Below, piece after piece: positions 31,166-41,375 of a stretch of DNA of 64,000 bases. Position numbers and translations under genes: made by a program. Under the pieces are notes generated by a model. It was not told the origin of the DNA. It worked only from the letters and a program-made list of their open reading frames with translations, and made no database searches. Position 1 is the stretch's first letter; each line of letters begins with the position of its first letter. Source of the DNA: an uncultured Chloroflexia bacterium (GTDB lineage: Bacteria; Chloroflexota; Dehalococcoidia; DSTF01; JALHUB01); NCBI GenBank assembly GCA_963703345.1, contig OY969814.1, positions 1,728,001 to 1,792,000 of the forward strand, read 5' to 3'.

Positions 31166-32134
31166 CTAACGGGCGTGAGGCGTCAGAATGTCGGTGAGGG
31201 CGTCGCCGAGGAGGTTGAAGGCGAAGATGAGGGCAGCGACGACAACGCCGGGCACGAGCAGGAGGCTTGCGTGGGCGTTGAGACTCCGAATGGAGCCGCC
31301 TTCGAAAAGCATGGTCCCGAAGCTGGGCGTCGGCGGGTGGATGCCCACGCCGAACCAGCTCAGCGCTATCTCCGTGCCGGCGATGGCGCCAAGCGAAGCG
31401 GAGAAGCCGACGATTACGATGTTCGCGACGTTGGGCAGCAGATGGCGGAAGATGATCCGCCAGGTCGAGGCGCCCATGGCGCGGGCGGCGGTCACGTACT
31501 CGCTCTCGCGCAGCGCCAGCACCTGCGAGCGGATGAGCCGCGCCGGCGCGACCCAGGCGAACAGTGACAGGGCAGCGAACACGACGAAGTAGTCAGGGAA
31601 GCCGTCGATGCGCAGCCCCTTCTCGATCGCTCCCAGCCAGCCCCAGCCGCGCACGCGCTCTCCCAGCGTGGCGTTGATCATGATGAGCATCGGCAGGCCG
31701 GGCAGGGCGAAGAAGACGTCGCCGAGGCGCATTATCGCCGTGTCGACGCGCCCGCCCGCGTAGCCCGCCAGCAGGCCGAGGCCGACCGCCAGCACGAGCC
31801 CGCCGGTGACGAGTGTGCAGACCGTTATGACGACGGTCGTGCGAGAGGCCCAGATAACACGACTTAGCACGTCCCGTCCCAACTCGTCGGTGCCGAAGGG
31901 ATGCGCCAGCGAAGGGCCTTTCGTGACGTAGTCTAGGTTAGTAGCGCGGTAGCTGTGCGGGGCCACAATGGGCGCGAAGATGCCGCAGAAATAGAAGACG
32001 GCGATGAACAGGAGACAGGCGACGGCGACCTTCTTGCGCAGGAGACGTCGCAGGGCGAGGGCCAGCGGGCCGCGCGCCGGCCGCTCGGCTTCGAGGCCTT
32101 CTTCGAGGTAAGGGCTAGAACTGCTGCCGCTCAT
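31166..32134 (-). CDS. Oligopeptide/dipeptide ABC permease (OppC/DppC-like)
   Basis: HPFGTDELGRD, EYVTAARAMGAS, RHLLPN, FNLLGDAL. Confidence 0.9.
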   Translation of the reverse strand: MSGSSSSPYLEEGLEAERPARGPLALALRRLLRKKVAVACLLFIAVFYFCGIFAPIVAPHSYRATNLDYVTKGPSLAHPFGTDELGRDVLSRVIWASRTTVVITVCTLVTGGLVLAVGLGLLAGYAGGRVDTAIMRLGDVFFALPGLPMLIMINATLGERVRGWGWLGAIEKGLRIDGFPDYFVVFAALSLFAWVAPARLIRSQVLALRESEYVTAARAMGASTWRIIFRHLLPNVANIVIVGFSASLGAIAGTEIALSWFGVGIHPPTPSFGTMLFEGGSIRSLNAHASLLLVPGVVVAALIFAFNLLGDALTDILTPHAR

Positions 32135-33065
32135 AGCGCACCCGCGGGTCGATCAGCGTGTAGGCGATGTCGATGGCGATGTTGGCGACGACGAAGGCGA
32201 CCGCCAGGATGACCGTAAGCGCCAGAATAACGTTGTAGTCGCGGCTCTGGACAGAATTGAAGGCGAACTGGCCTATTCCCGGCACGCCCAGGAGCGTCTC
32301 GGCGAAGAAGGCACCTTCCACCAGCGTCGCCAGAGAGATGCCGATGACGGTGATGAGCGGCAGCAAGGAGTTGCGCACGACGTGCCGGCTGATGACTCTG
32401 AACTCGCTCAACCCCTTGGCGCGGGCGGTGGTGACGTAGTCCTCCCTCAACACGGACAAGGTCGTCGCCCGGGTGAGGCGGGCCACACCGGCGATTCCCG
32501 GCAGGGAGAGCGCCAGCGCCGGCATGACGATGCGCTTGTCGAAGATACCGCCCCAGCCGGAGGCGGGCAACCAGTGCAGCTTGAGCGTGAACACGAGGAG
32601 CATGACGGGCACGGCTACTACCACCGGAATGGACTGGAAGAACAGGAAGACGCTGATCGAGAAGGGGTCGGTCCATTTGCCCTGGCGAAGGGCGGCGAAC
32701 ACGCCAACAGGCACGCCCACGGCGAAGACGATGAGCAGCGCCACGAGCCCCAACTGCGCCGAGCGCCAGACCTTGGGAAAGATAACCTCGGAGACGTCAC
32801 GGTTGCGGTAGATCAGGCTTTCGCCCAGGTTGCCGTGCGCCAGGTTCTTCAGGTAGATGGCGTACTGCTCGAAGAACGGCTTGTCGAGTCCTTCCGCATG
32901 GCGGACGCGCTCCCAAGCAGCGGGGTCGCTGTACTGGCCCTGGATGACACGAATCGGGTCGCCCGGGCCGAAGCGCACGACGGCGAAGGCGATGAACGTG
33001 ACGGCGAGGAGGATGACAGGCGCCCAGAGAAGTCGCCGGACTATGTAGGGGAGAAGCCCTTGCAT
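32115..33065 (-). CDS. Oligopeptide/dipeptide ABC permease (OppB/DppB-like)
   Basis: PGDP, GNLGES, DYVTTARAKGL, IDPRVRY. Confidence 0.9.
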   Translation of the reverse strand: MQGLLPYIVRRLLWAPVILLAVTFIAFAVVRFGPGDPIRVIQGQYSDPAAWERVRHAEGLDKPFFEQYAIYLKNLAHGNLGESLIYRNRDVSEVIFPKVWRSAQLGLVALLIVFAVGVPVGVFAALRQGKWTDPFSISVFLFFQSIPVVVAVPVMLLVFTLKLHWLPASGWGGIFDKRIVMPALALSLPGIAGVARLTRATTLSVLREDYVTTARAKGLSEFRVISRHVVRNSLLPLITVIGISLATLVEGAFFAETLLGVPGIGQFAFNSVQSRDYNVILALTVILAVAFVVANIAIDIAYTLIDPRVRYERQQF

Positions 33066-33092
33066 CGCCTAACGCTCCCGCCGCTGTCGCGT

Positions 33093-34713
33093 CTAAGTTT
33101 CGATCGTCACGTATCGCAGGTAGGGCATGACGATCGGCGGCAGGAAGAAATTCTTCACGTAGGGTTTCACAACCACGTTGTCGCGGGCGTTGTAGAGCGG
33201 TATCCAGGGTGCGTCGCCCACGATTATCTGTTCGGCCTGCTGGTAGAGGGCCATGCGCTTGCTTGTATCCTGCTCCGTTCGCGCCTGAAGGAGCAGATTG
33301 TTGAACGTCCGGGTTGTTGTAGTGCGAAGTGTTCTGGTGACTCTGGCTGTAGAAGAGAATGTCGAGAACGTCCTCGGGATCGGGGTAGTCCATCACCCAG
33401 CCGGCGGTGAACATCTGGTACTGCCCCTTGTCGAGGTCCTGCCAGAAGGTGGCCTGCTCGGTCTGCTGGATCTCCACTTCGACGCCGAGATTCTGCTTCC
33501 ACATCTCGACCATCGCCTGGACGTCGTTGCCCGCGCTGGCGCCGGCGCCCACTTCGCTTATGGTGATCTTGGGCAGGCCCGAGGCCCCGCCGTAGCGAGA
33601 TTCGGCCAGCAACTGCTTCGCCTTGTCCGGATCGTACGGTTGAGCGGTCACGGTTGAAGTGTAGCCGGGCACGCCCGCCGGCATGACACCGGTGGCGGCC
33701 GACATCATGTCCTTGAGGACGACGTCGACGATCTTCTGGCGATCGATGGCGAGCCCGAAGGCCTGGCGCACCTTCACGTCGTCGAAAGGCGCCTTCTGGG
33801 TGTTGAAGCCGATGTACCAGACGGACATCTCGTCGGCGGAAACGTACTCGCTGTGGAGGGGATCGTTAGGGTCGCGCACACGGTCGATGTCATTGGAGCT
33901 GACGCCAGCCACGTCGACCTCGTCGTCCTGGTACTGAGTCATTTGGGAGCCGCCGGAGAGGAGGAATTGGACCGTTTTCAGAGCCGGCACGCCGAGGTGA
34001 TAGCGCGGGTTGGCTTCCAGGGTCATGCTCTCGCCCAGCTTCCATTCCTTCACCTGGAAGGGGCCGGTGCCGCGCGGTTTCTTCAGCCAGTTCGTGGGGT
34101 CGCTTTCCACCTGCGTGCGGTCGACGACGAAGGCCGTGGGCGAGGCCATCTTATCGATGAAGAAGGGCTTGGCGGCGTCGATCGTTATGCGCAGCGTAAA
34201 GTCGTCCACGGCTTCGATGCCGCTAATCGATTTCGCGTTGCCGTTGATCATGTCCGTGGCGCCGACGATGTCGCCGAGGTAGGCTTCGGCGACGGTTGAG
34301 GCGGTAGCCGGGTCGGCGGCGCGCTCGATCGAGTACTTGAAATCGGCGGCGGTAACCTGGCGGTAGGTCTGCTGAAATACGACATCGTTGCGTAGGTGGA
34401 ATGTGTAGACCGTGCCGTCGGCGCTGATGTCCCAGCTCTTGGCGATGTCGGGCGCGATCTTGAGGTCTTTATCCAGGGTTACGAGGCCGCCGAAGATCTC
34501 GACGATGTAGCTGGCGGAGGTGGCGTCGGTGGCGATGGCCGGGTCGAGGGTGAGCGGGTCGCTGCCAGTGAGGCGAAGGGTGGGACCGGAGCCGGAGCCG
34601 CCGGCGCTGTTGCCTGCGCTCTGGCTGCTATTTCCGCCGCCGCCGCAACCTGTGACAGCGGCAACAAGCGCGAGTCCTGACAGTAACGCCGCAACAGCAA
34701 GCAGCCTCTTCAT
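33093..34713 (-). pseudogene. Family-5 solute-binding lipoprotein (OppA-like) with a +1 frameshift near 33303-33307 (pseudogene or assembly error)
   Basis: Lipobox VTGC, TLDPA, SWDISADGTVYTF, GTGPF; after NNPD the homologous text (NNLLLQARTEQDTSKRMALYQQAEQIIVGDAPWIPLY...YVTIET*) continues in another frame, stop at 33093-33095. Confidence 0.8.
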
Positions 34714-34820
34714 CGCTTCGGTCTCCTTACTACCGATCTCCGGTCATCGAACCTATCGCCGAGGCTGGAAAGCCATGCTTGCGCAGGCAGGCCCCGGCTA
34801 CGTCTCCTTGTTTCTTGACT

Positions 34821-36665
34821 CTACTGAAGATCGGCCTGCGGCGCTCCCTCCACAGGGGCGATCACCTCCGTTTGCTTCGTAATGGCTATGCCGAGCTCTT
34901 CCAGTTGCTTCGGCGATACGGGTGACGGCGCGCCCATCATCGGGTCGTAGGCGCTTTGCGTCTTCGGGAAAGCGATGACTTCGCGGATGTTGGGCGCGCC
35001 AGTCAGGAACGCGACGATGCGGTCGAGGCCGGCGGCGATTCCGCCGTGGGGCGGCGCGCCGTACTCGAAGGCTTCGAGCATGTGGCCGAAGCGATACTGC
35101 GCCTCTCCGCGCGCGATGCCCAGCAGGTCGAACACCTTCTCCTGGACTTCGCGGCGGTGGATCCTGATGCTGCCGCCGGCGCCCTCCATGCCGTTAATGA
35201 CGAAGTCGTAGGCTTTGCTGCGCGCCTTCCCTGGATCGCTTTCCAGGAGCGCCACGTCCTCGTCTTTCGGCGCGGTGAACGGGTGATGGACGCTGTCCCA
35301 GCGCTGCTCGCTCTCGCTCCAATCGAACAGCGGGAAGTCGACGACGAAGCAGCAGGCGGCGGTCTGCGGGTCGGCAAGCTCGAGACGGGCGGCCATCTCG
35401 CGTCGCAGGGCGTCGAGGGCGGCGCTGGCGATCTTCGGCTGATCGGCGACGATGATGAGCAGGTCGCCGCGCCTGGCGTCGGTGCGCTGCGCGAGCCCCT
35501 TTATCAGCTCGAGGCTGAGGTGGCTGTGCATCGGCGAGCGCACATCCTCCATCGTGAGGCCGTCGATGGGCCCTTCGCCGAGGAGGGCGACGGAGATGAG
35601 TCCTTTGCCGCCCTGGTCTTCGACAAACTGCGTCAGGCTGTCGACGTCGCGGCGGGTGAAGACGGAGGCGCCCGGAGCGGCAAAGCCGCGTATCTGGCCG
35701 CCGGCGGCAATGACGTCGCGGAAGACGGCGAAGTCGCAGGTTGGGCCCAGGTCGGTCACGTCGGCGAGCTCCATGCCGTAGCGGATGTCGGGCTTGTCGG
35801 TGCCGAAGCGACGCATTACGTCGTCGTAGGCGAAGCGCGGGAAGGGCACTGGACTGAGCTTGATGTCGGGTCGCAGCTCGCGAATCATGCCGGCGAACAG
35901 CTCTTCGATGAGGTCCAGGATGTCTTTCTGGTCTATGAAGCTCATCTCCATGTCGAGCTGCGTGAACTCGGCCTGGCGGTCGGCGCGAAAGTCTTCGTCG
36001 CGGAAGCAGCGGGCTATCTGGTAGTACTTTTCGAAGCCGGCGACCATCAGCAACTGCTTGAGCTGCTGCGGCGACTGCGGCAAGGCGTAGAAGTTACCGG
36101 GATAGACACGGCTGGGCACGAGGTAGTCGCGGGCGCCCTCCGGCGTGCTCTTGGTCAGGATGGGCGTCTCGATGTCGTAGAAGCCGCGGGCGTCGAGGAA
36201 GTCACGGATGTACTTGGTGACGCGATGTCGCATGCGGAAGCGGTCGTGGACGGTGATTCGGCGCAGGTCGAGGTAGCGATAGCGCAGCCGCAACAGGTCG
36301 TCGACTTCGACTTCTTCATTTATGTAGAACGGGGGCGTCTTGGCGACGTTCAAAACGCTCGCCTCGCGGGCGACGACTTCGACTTCGCCGGTTGGGAGGG
36401 CTGCGTTCTCGGTGCCGGCGGGCCGCGGCGAGACTGTGCCGCGCACCTGGAGGACGTATTCGTTTCGCACCTCGCCGGCGGCTTCGTGGGCTTCGGGAGC
36501 GGTCTTGGGGTTGAAGACGACCTGGACGAGGCCGCGGGTGTCGCGCAGGTCGATGAAGATGAGACGGCCGTGGTCCCTCCGGCGATGCACCCAGCCGGCG
36601 AGCAGCACTTCCTGGCCGCTGTCCTCTTTGCGGAGGTCGCCGCAGTAGTGTGTCTTATGGTGCAC
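34821..36665 (-). CDS. aspS: Aspartate-tRNA ligase (probably non-discriminating)
   Basis: GWVHRRRDHG, STPEGARDYLVPSR, YALPQSPQ, ARCFRDED, GAPPHGG; GTG start after GAGGAG. Confidence 0.97.
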   Translation of the reverse strand: MHHKTHYCGDLRKEDSGQEVLLAGWVHRRRDHGRLIFIDLRDTRGLVQVVFNPKTAPEAHEAAGEVRNEYVLQVRGTVSPRPAGTENAALPTGEVEVVAREASVLNVAKTPPFYINEEVEVDDLLRLRYRYLDLRRITVHDRFRMRHRVTKYIRDFLDARGFYDIETPILTKSTPEGARDYLVPSRVYPGNFYALPQSPQQLKQLLMVAGFEKYYQIARCFRDEDFRADRQAEFTQLDMEMSFIDQKDILDLIEELFAGMIRELRPDIKLSPVPFPRFAYDDVMRRFGTDKPDIRYGMELADVTDLGPTCDFAVFRDVIAAGGQIRGFAAPGASVFTRRDVDSLTQFVEDQGGKGLISVALLGEGPIDGLTMEDVRSPMHSHLSLELIKGLAQRTDARRGDLLIIVADQPKIASAALDALRREMAARLELADPQTAACCFVVDFPLFDWSESEQRWDSVHHPFTAPKDEDVALLESDPGKARSKAYDFVINGMEGAGGSIRIHRREVQEKVFDLLGIARGEAQYRFGHMLEAFEYGAPPHGGIAAGLDRIVAFLTGAPNIREVIAFPKTQSAYDPMMGAPSPVSPKQLEELGIAITKQTEVIAPVEGAPQADLQ

Positions 36666-36901
36666 TTTTTCTCCTCGAGGCGGTTGTTTTGCGCTTGCGT
36701 TAGAGTGTCGCATGGGGAGAGCGGCCAAGTCAATCTGGGGGGAGGGGAACAGGGCCACGCGGGAGGGCGGGTGGGAAGATCGTCGCAGATGTTACGAGAA
36801 GCGGCAGCGAGCAGCGCCGGCAGCGCCGGCAGCGTCAACCGCTATTCGGCGGCCGCCTGCCCGTGGAACGCGGCGGCAGCGGGTGCTACGATCGGACAGA
36901 G

Positions 36902-38080
36902 ATGAGCGAGTGTCGAAGCATCTACGTCCACATCCCGTTCTGTCGCAGTAAGTGCGCCTACTGCGACTTCAACTCGTATGCGAGACAGGCACGCCTCATT
37001 CCCAGCTACGTCGACGCCCTGCTGCGCGAGGCGGCGTTTTGGGCGGAGACAGGCGCCGTCGGAGGCGTCGACACGCTGTACGTCGGTGGCGGGACGCCCA
37101 GCCTGTTGCCGGGGGAAGCGGCGGAACGCCTCCTCGCCGGCCTGCGACGTCTCTTCACCGTCGCCGGCGACGCGGAGATAACGTTCGAGGCGAACCCGGA
37201 GAGCGCGGCAGCCGACCACCTGCGAGCGCTCCGTGGCATCGGCGTCAATCGCCTCAGCCTCGGCGTCCAGAGCTTCGACGACGGGGAGTTGCGCCTGCTC
37301 GGCCGCATCCACGACGTCGCGACGGCAGAGACGGCGTTCCGGGCCGCGCGGGAGGCCGGATTCGAATCTGTCAACCTGGACCTGATCTTCGGGCTGCCGG
37401 GGCAGGCGCTGTCAGGGTGGCAGCAGTCGCTGGAGAAGGCGGTCGAGCTGTCGCCGGAGCACCTGTCGCTGTACGCGCTGACGCTGGAAGAGGGGACGCC
37501 GCTGGCCCGCCGCGTCGCGAAGGGCGAATGCGCGGAGCCGGACGACGATGAGCAGGCGGAGATGTACGCCTGGAGCAGCGGGCGGCTGGCCGTCGCCGGC
37601 TACGAGCAGTACGAGATATCGAACTGGGCGAGGTCCGGCCACCGCTGCCGGCACAACCTGACTTACTGGCGCTGCGAGCCATACCTGGGCCTGGGCGCGG
37701 GCGCTCACTCGTACCTCAGCGAATGGCGATTCGCGAACGTGAAGTCGCCGCGACGCTACGTCTCGGCAATCGAGAGGGTTGGCGCGTACGCGGTCGATTC
37801 GATGGGCGGGCCGGCGAAGCTGCCGCAGGTGGAGTCGGCGGAGCGGCTGGACGCGGCGACCGCGCTGGCGGACGCGATCATCCTCGGTCTGCGACTGAAC
37901 GACGGCGTATCACTCGCGGCGGTGGGCCGTCGCTTCGGCGTGGACGTCGGCGAGCGGTATCGCGGCGAGATTGCCTATCTGACGGATGTAGGCTTGCTGG
38001 AGGCGGTCGACGGGCGAACGCGGTTGACGGCGCGCGGCCGGCTTCTCGGCAACGAGGTTTTTCAGCGCTTCCTGCCCTAG
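36902..38080 (+). CDS. hemW: Radical SAM heme chaperone HemW
   Basis: [38 protein letters not shown]. Confidence 0.9.
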   Translation: MSECRSIYVHIPFCRSKCAYCDFNSYARQARLIPSYVDALLREAAFWAETGAVGGVDTLYVGGGTPSLLPGEAAERLLAGLRRLFTVAGDAEITFEANPESAAADHLRALRGIGVNRLSLGVQSFDDGELRLLGRIHDVATAETAFRAAREAGFESVNLDLIFGLPGQALSGWQQSLEKAVELSPEHLSLYALTLEEGTPLARRVAKGECAEPDDDEQAEMYAWSSGRLAVAGYEQYEISNWARSGHRCRHNLTYWRCEPYLGLGAGAHSYLSEWRFANVKSPRRYVSAIERVGAYAVDSMGGPAKLPQVESAERLDAATALADAIILGLRLNDGVSLAAVGRRFGVDVGERYRGEIAYLTDVGLLEAVDGRTRLTARGRLLGNEVFQRFLP

Positions 38081-39132
38081 GCGAAGGCCTGCGGCGAGAC
38101 CGTCAGCCCGTGCAGCGACTTCACGGCTGACAGCACCTTGTCGATCTCACAGGCGGGCCTCTCAGGCGCCTTGCCGAACGGATCGGGCGTCGGCGCATCG
38201 CCCAGCAGCACTTCCAGGCACGTCCGCACGGACCACGCCTCGGCCAGCAGGTGGTAGCCGCCCTCCAGGACGCACACCAGGCGCCCCTCGCAGTGCTCCG
38301 CCGCTTTCCGGCGTAGAAACGACATCATCTCGCCGTAGCCGGCGACGCTCAGCGTCATGCTGGCCAGCGGGTCGTCGAAGTGGCCGTCGTAGCCGGCGGA
38401 GACGAGGATCAGCTGCGGCGCGTAGCGGTCGAGCAGCGGCTCTAGCGCTTCGCTGAAGACGCGTCGGTACTCGTCGTCGCCACAGCCGGCGGGAAGCGGC
38501 ACGTTGACGTTCAGACCGCGGCCCGCGCCGGCGCCCGTCTCCTCCAGGTGGCCGGTGCCCGGGTAGTAGGGGTACTGGTGCGTGGAGAAGTAGAGGACGG
38601 CGCCGTCCTCGTAGAAGGCGGCCTGAGTGCCGTTGCCGTGATGGATGTCGAAGTCGACGATGGCGACGCGTTCGATGCCGCGCCGTCTGATGGCGTGGCG
38701 GGCGGCGATGGCGACGTTGTTGAACAGGCAGAAGCCCATCGCGGCGTCCGGCATGGCGTGGTGTCCGGGCGGTCGCACGAGGCAGAAGGCGCTGTCGACG
38801 GCGCGGTCGAGGACGGCATCGGTCGCCTCGATGCAGCCGCCGCCGGCGCGCAGGGCGACGTCGTAGGAGCGCGGCGAGATGTAGGTGTCGGGGTCGGCCC
38901 AGGCGCCGCCGTGCTGCGCCATGTCGCGAATGGAGGCGATGTAGCGCTCGGAATGCACCATCGCGACCTCCTCGACGGTGGCGTCGCGGGCGGCCAGGGG
39001 GACGAGGCGGGCGGTGAGGCCGGCTTCGGTAAGGACGTGCATGATTGCGGTGAGCCGGAGGGCGCTTTCGGGGTGGGCGCCGGTGTCGTGCCAGAGGTAG
39101 AGGGGATCGTAGACCAGGCCGACGTTCGTCAA
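38077..39132 (-). CDS. Histone deacetylase-family (Zn-dependent) amidohydrolase
   Basis: [36 protein letters not shown]; TTG start after GGGAGG. Confidence 0.92.
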   Translation of the reverse strand: MTNVGLVYDPLYLWHDTGAHPESALRLTAIMHVLTEAGLTARLVPLAARDATVEEVAMVHSERYIASIRDMAQHGGAWADPDTYISPRSYDVALRAGGGCIEATDAVLDRAVDSAFCLVRPPGHHAMPDAAMGFCLFNNVAIAARHAIRRRGIERVAIVDFDIHHGNGTQAAFYEDGAVLYFSTHQYPYYPGTGHLEETGAGAGRGLNVNVPLPAGCGDDEYRRVFSEALEPLLDRYAPQLILVSAGYDGHFDDPLASMTLSVAGYGEMMSFLRRKAAEHCEGRLVCVLEGGYHLLAEAWSVRTCLEVLLGDAPTPDPFGKAPERPACEIDKVLSAVKSLHGLTVSPQAFA

Positions 39133-39331
39133 GATGTTGCGCCTCCCGCTAGGTCGCGTGCCCAATACAAGAATAAGACTTCCGCGGTGTAGATGCCACT
39201 TCCGGGCATAAGCGTAGGGAAACCGACGGAGAAGCGTCGGCTAAGCGTCAAGCAACGAGACGTCGAAGCCGCTAGAGTGGGGTGAGAGCCAGATGATCTT
39301 GGGCAAGTGTCTTGCGGTTTACGTACGCGCC

Positions 39332-39359
39332 TTGACAAGCGTCACGCAAAGGCTATGCT
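39332..39359 (+). promoter_or_regulatory. Sigma70-type promoter
   Basis: TTGACA, 16-nt spacer, TATGCT, upstream of AAGGAGG and ATG 39400. Confidence 0.6.
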
Positions 39360-39399
39360 CGGATACTAGGGGAATAAGGTGAACAAGGAGGCACCTTTG

Positions 39400-40137
39400 A
39401 TGAAACGAATGCTCCGGCCGAAGACCCTCTCGATTGTTTTCGTCGTCGTCGCGGCCATAGCCGTTGGCGTAGGCATAGCCTGGGTGTTGGCCAGACCCAG
39501 CGATAGCGCGACCTCCCAGAGCAGAGGCCCAAACGTCCCTGACTTCTCGAACATCCCCCTGACGCCACCGTTTGCGATCCCAACAGCGCTTGCTACACCC
39601 CTGTCCCCCGAACAGCGAAGCTTGGAGCCGCCGCCGGGAGACCTGCCCACGCCTAACCCGGCAGCGCGAAATGCGGCTATACCGAACACCCGAAACGTGC
39701 CTGAGGGGTGGAAAGTGTATGACAACCCAAAATTCCAGTACACTTTCGCGCTCCCGCCTGACTGGCAGACGGACATGAAGCCCGAAGGAGGCTATTTCAC
39801 GGTCAGCAATCCTGCTGCCGTAGCGTCCAACACGGGGGGCACGGTCGTTCCCGGAGTCGTGGGCGGAGTTTTCGTTGGGGAACTCCGAATTGCGGCTGAC
39901 GCGTCGGCGGTTGATCATCTGTCTCAGCCCAACACTTCGTTTGGTCCATATCCAGGGGTAGTCTGGGAGAGTCTGAGTGAGGCAGACAAGGAGTACGGCG
40001 GCGCAAACACCGTGCACTTTGCATTCGCCAGGGGCGATCTCGTGTTCGATGGGCGACTGAACTTCCGCGTGGAGGGGTATTCGGCCTCCAGCGTGGAGGT
40101 TGCCTACCAGATCTTCAATAGCATCACTCCATACTGA
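39400..40137 (+). CDS. Membrane-anchored/secreted protein, Pro-rich linker + PsbP-like domain
   Basis: N-terminal TM, Pro-rich stretch, WKVYDNPKFQYTFALPPDW motif; lower GC. Confidence 0.6.
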   Translation: MKRMLRPKTLSIVFVVVAAIAVGVGIAWVLARPSDSATSQSRGPNVPDFSNIPLTPPFAIPTALATPLSPEQRSLEPPPGDLPTPNPAARNAAIPNTRNVPEGWKVYDNPKFQYTFALPPDWQTDMKPEGGYFTVSNPAAVASNTGGTVVPGVVGGVFVGELRIAADASAVDHLSQPNTSFGPYPGVVWESLSEADKEYGGANTVHFAFARGDLVFDGRLNFRVEGYSASSVEVAYQIFNSITPY

Positions 40138-40211
40138 CGGAGAACCACGATGTTGCGAAGGATCGCCCGCTGATGCCGATGTGACGCTTCGTCGATTCTG
40201 AGAAGCTGAGT

Positions 40212-40895
40212 CTAGCCGGCGGCGAGCTTCTGCGTCTCCTGGAGGTAGGTGATGACGGCCAGCACCCGCGGGTGAATCGACGGGTCACGGCTGGAGACGA
40301 CCTGGCTGAAGATGGCGTTGATGTGGTTCTCCACCGATTTCTCTTCCAGCACGAGCGCCCGTCCGATGGCGCCGTTGCTGTAGCCCTTCGCCATCAGGTG
40401 CAGGACGTCCATCTGGCGGGGCGTCAGCCGGCCAAGGCGAGGGCCATGGGCGTCGTTTCGGCCGGAGAGGATGGCGGGATCGAGGACGACGAGTCCGGCG
40501 GCGGCGGCTTCGATGGCGCGCACGAGGCCCGTGGCGTCGGCAAGCGATTGCTTGATGATGTACGACCAGCCGGGCGTGTTCGGCGGCGGGTTCGTCGAGA
40601 GGTACTCGCGGTCGGTCTCGGCGGCGAGGACGACGATGCCTATGTGCGGCCACTCGGTCTTGACGGCGTGTACGGCGGCGAGCGCCTGGGTGTTGCCGTC
40701 GAGGCGGACGTTGACGAGGAGGACGTTGGGCTGGAGCGAGACGCACAGGCCGCGAAGATCGTCCTTGCTCGTCGCGGTGCCTGCGACCTCCATATGCGGC
40801 TGAGTCGACAGGGCCAGGCGGAGCATGTCACGCCAGAGGCCCTCGTCCTCGACGATTAGTAGACGCAGCCTGTCGCCGTTGAGCTGTCCTTGCAT
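40212..40895 (-). CDS. NarL/LuxR-family response regulator with atypical receiver (phospho-Asp replaced by Asn)
   Basis: LLIVEDE...PNVLLVNVRL; LTPRQMDVLHLMAKGYSNGAIGRAL..EKSVENHINAIF HTH. Confidence 0.88.
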   Translation of the reverse strand: MQGQLNGDRLRLLIVEDEGLWRDMLRLALSTQPHMEVAGTATSKDDLRGLCVSLQPNVLLVNVRLDGNTQALAAVHAVKTEWPHIGIVVLAAETDREYLSTNPPPNTPGWSYIIKQSLADATGLVRAIEAAAAGLVVLDPAILSGRNDAHGPRLGRLTPRQMDVLHLMAKGYSNGAIGRALVLEEKSVENHINAIFSQVVSSRDPSIHPRVLAVITYLQETQKLAAG

Positions 40896-41134
40896 GCGCT
40901 CAGACCAGTCTCCTGAAAAGCTTCCTGCCTTCGCGGCAGAGGAATCGACGCCTGCCGTAGGATGTCCTTCCATCGATAGAGCCCGAGTCTGTTATCGGGC
41001 AGAGGACATGTATCTTTAGGGCTAAGGGACCGATTCCGACGTTGAGCCGAAAATCGCTCCTTTTCCCCTAGGCAAGCTCCCTTAAGACGAGCAGTTTCCC
41101 CGGAAACGATTCAGGTTCGTTTGGATTCAGCCGT

Positions 41135-41346
41135 GGGTGCCAGCACCCAGGTCAAATTGGGTACGGGCACCATGCTGTTCTCTCTCAGGGAGGACGAAAA
41201 AACCAGCGGCAAGGAAAAGGATTTCTGGTCCTGAACGCCGCCGGCGCCGTGTCTTCAAGAGATACGACGAATCGGCGAAGGACAGCGGAATCGAGAGTCG
41301 AGACGCTGGCAAACAGGACGCCGTGGCGGACCAGAGAATCCCGCCA
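41135..41346 (+). promoter_or_regulatory. Putative structured 5' leader RNA of the archaellin gene
   Basis: Several nested stems identified by eye (see findings). Confidence 0.45.
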
Positions 41347-41375
41347 TTAGCAAGCAATAACAGGGAGGCAAGCGA

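Noticed and set aside
41015-41072. TAGGG/CCCTA half-sites as operator for the NarL regulator (similar words near 39214 and 42861)
   Set aside because: Too short and irregularly spaced to distinguish from chance without comparative data
41083-41112. Sigma28-like promoter (TAAG...AACGATTC) for archaellin
   Set aside because: Spacing of 18 nt and a weak -10 match are insufficient
41305-41330. c-di-GMP-I riboswitch (GGCAAAC...GGACGC)
   Set aside because: Only fragments match; the GNRA-capped stem after GGCAAAC and the GCAAAG/P2 elements are missing
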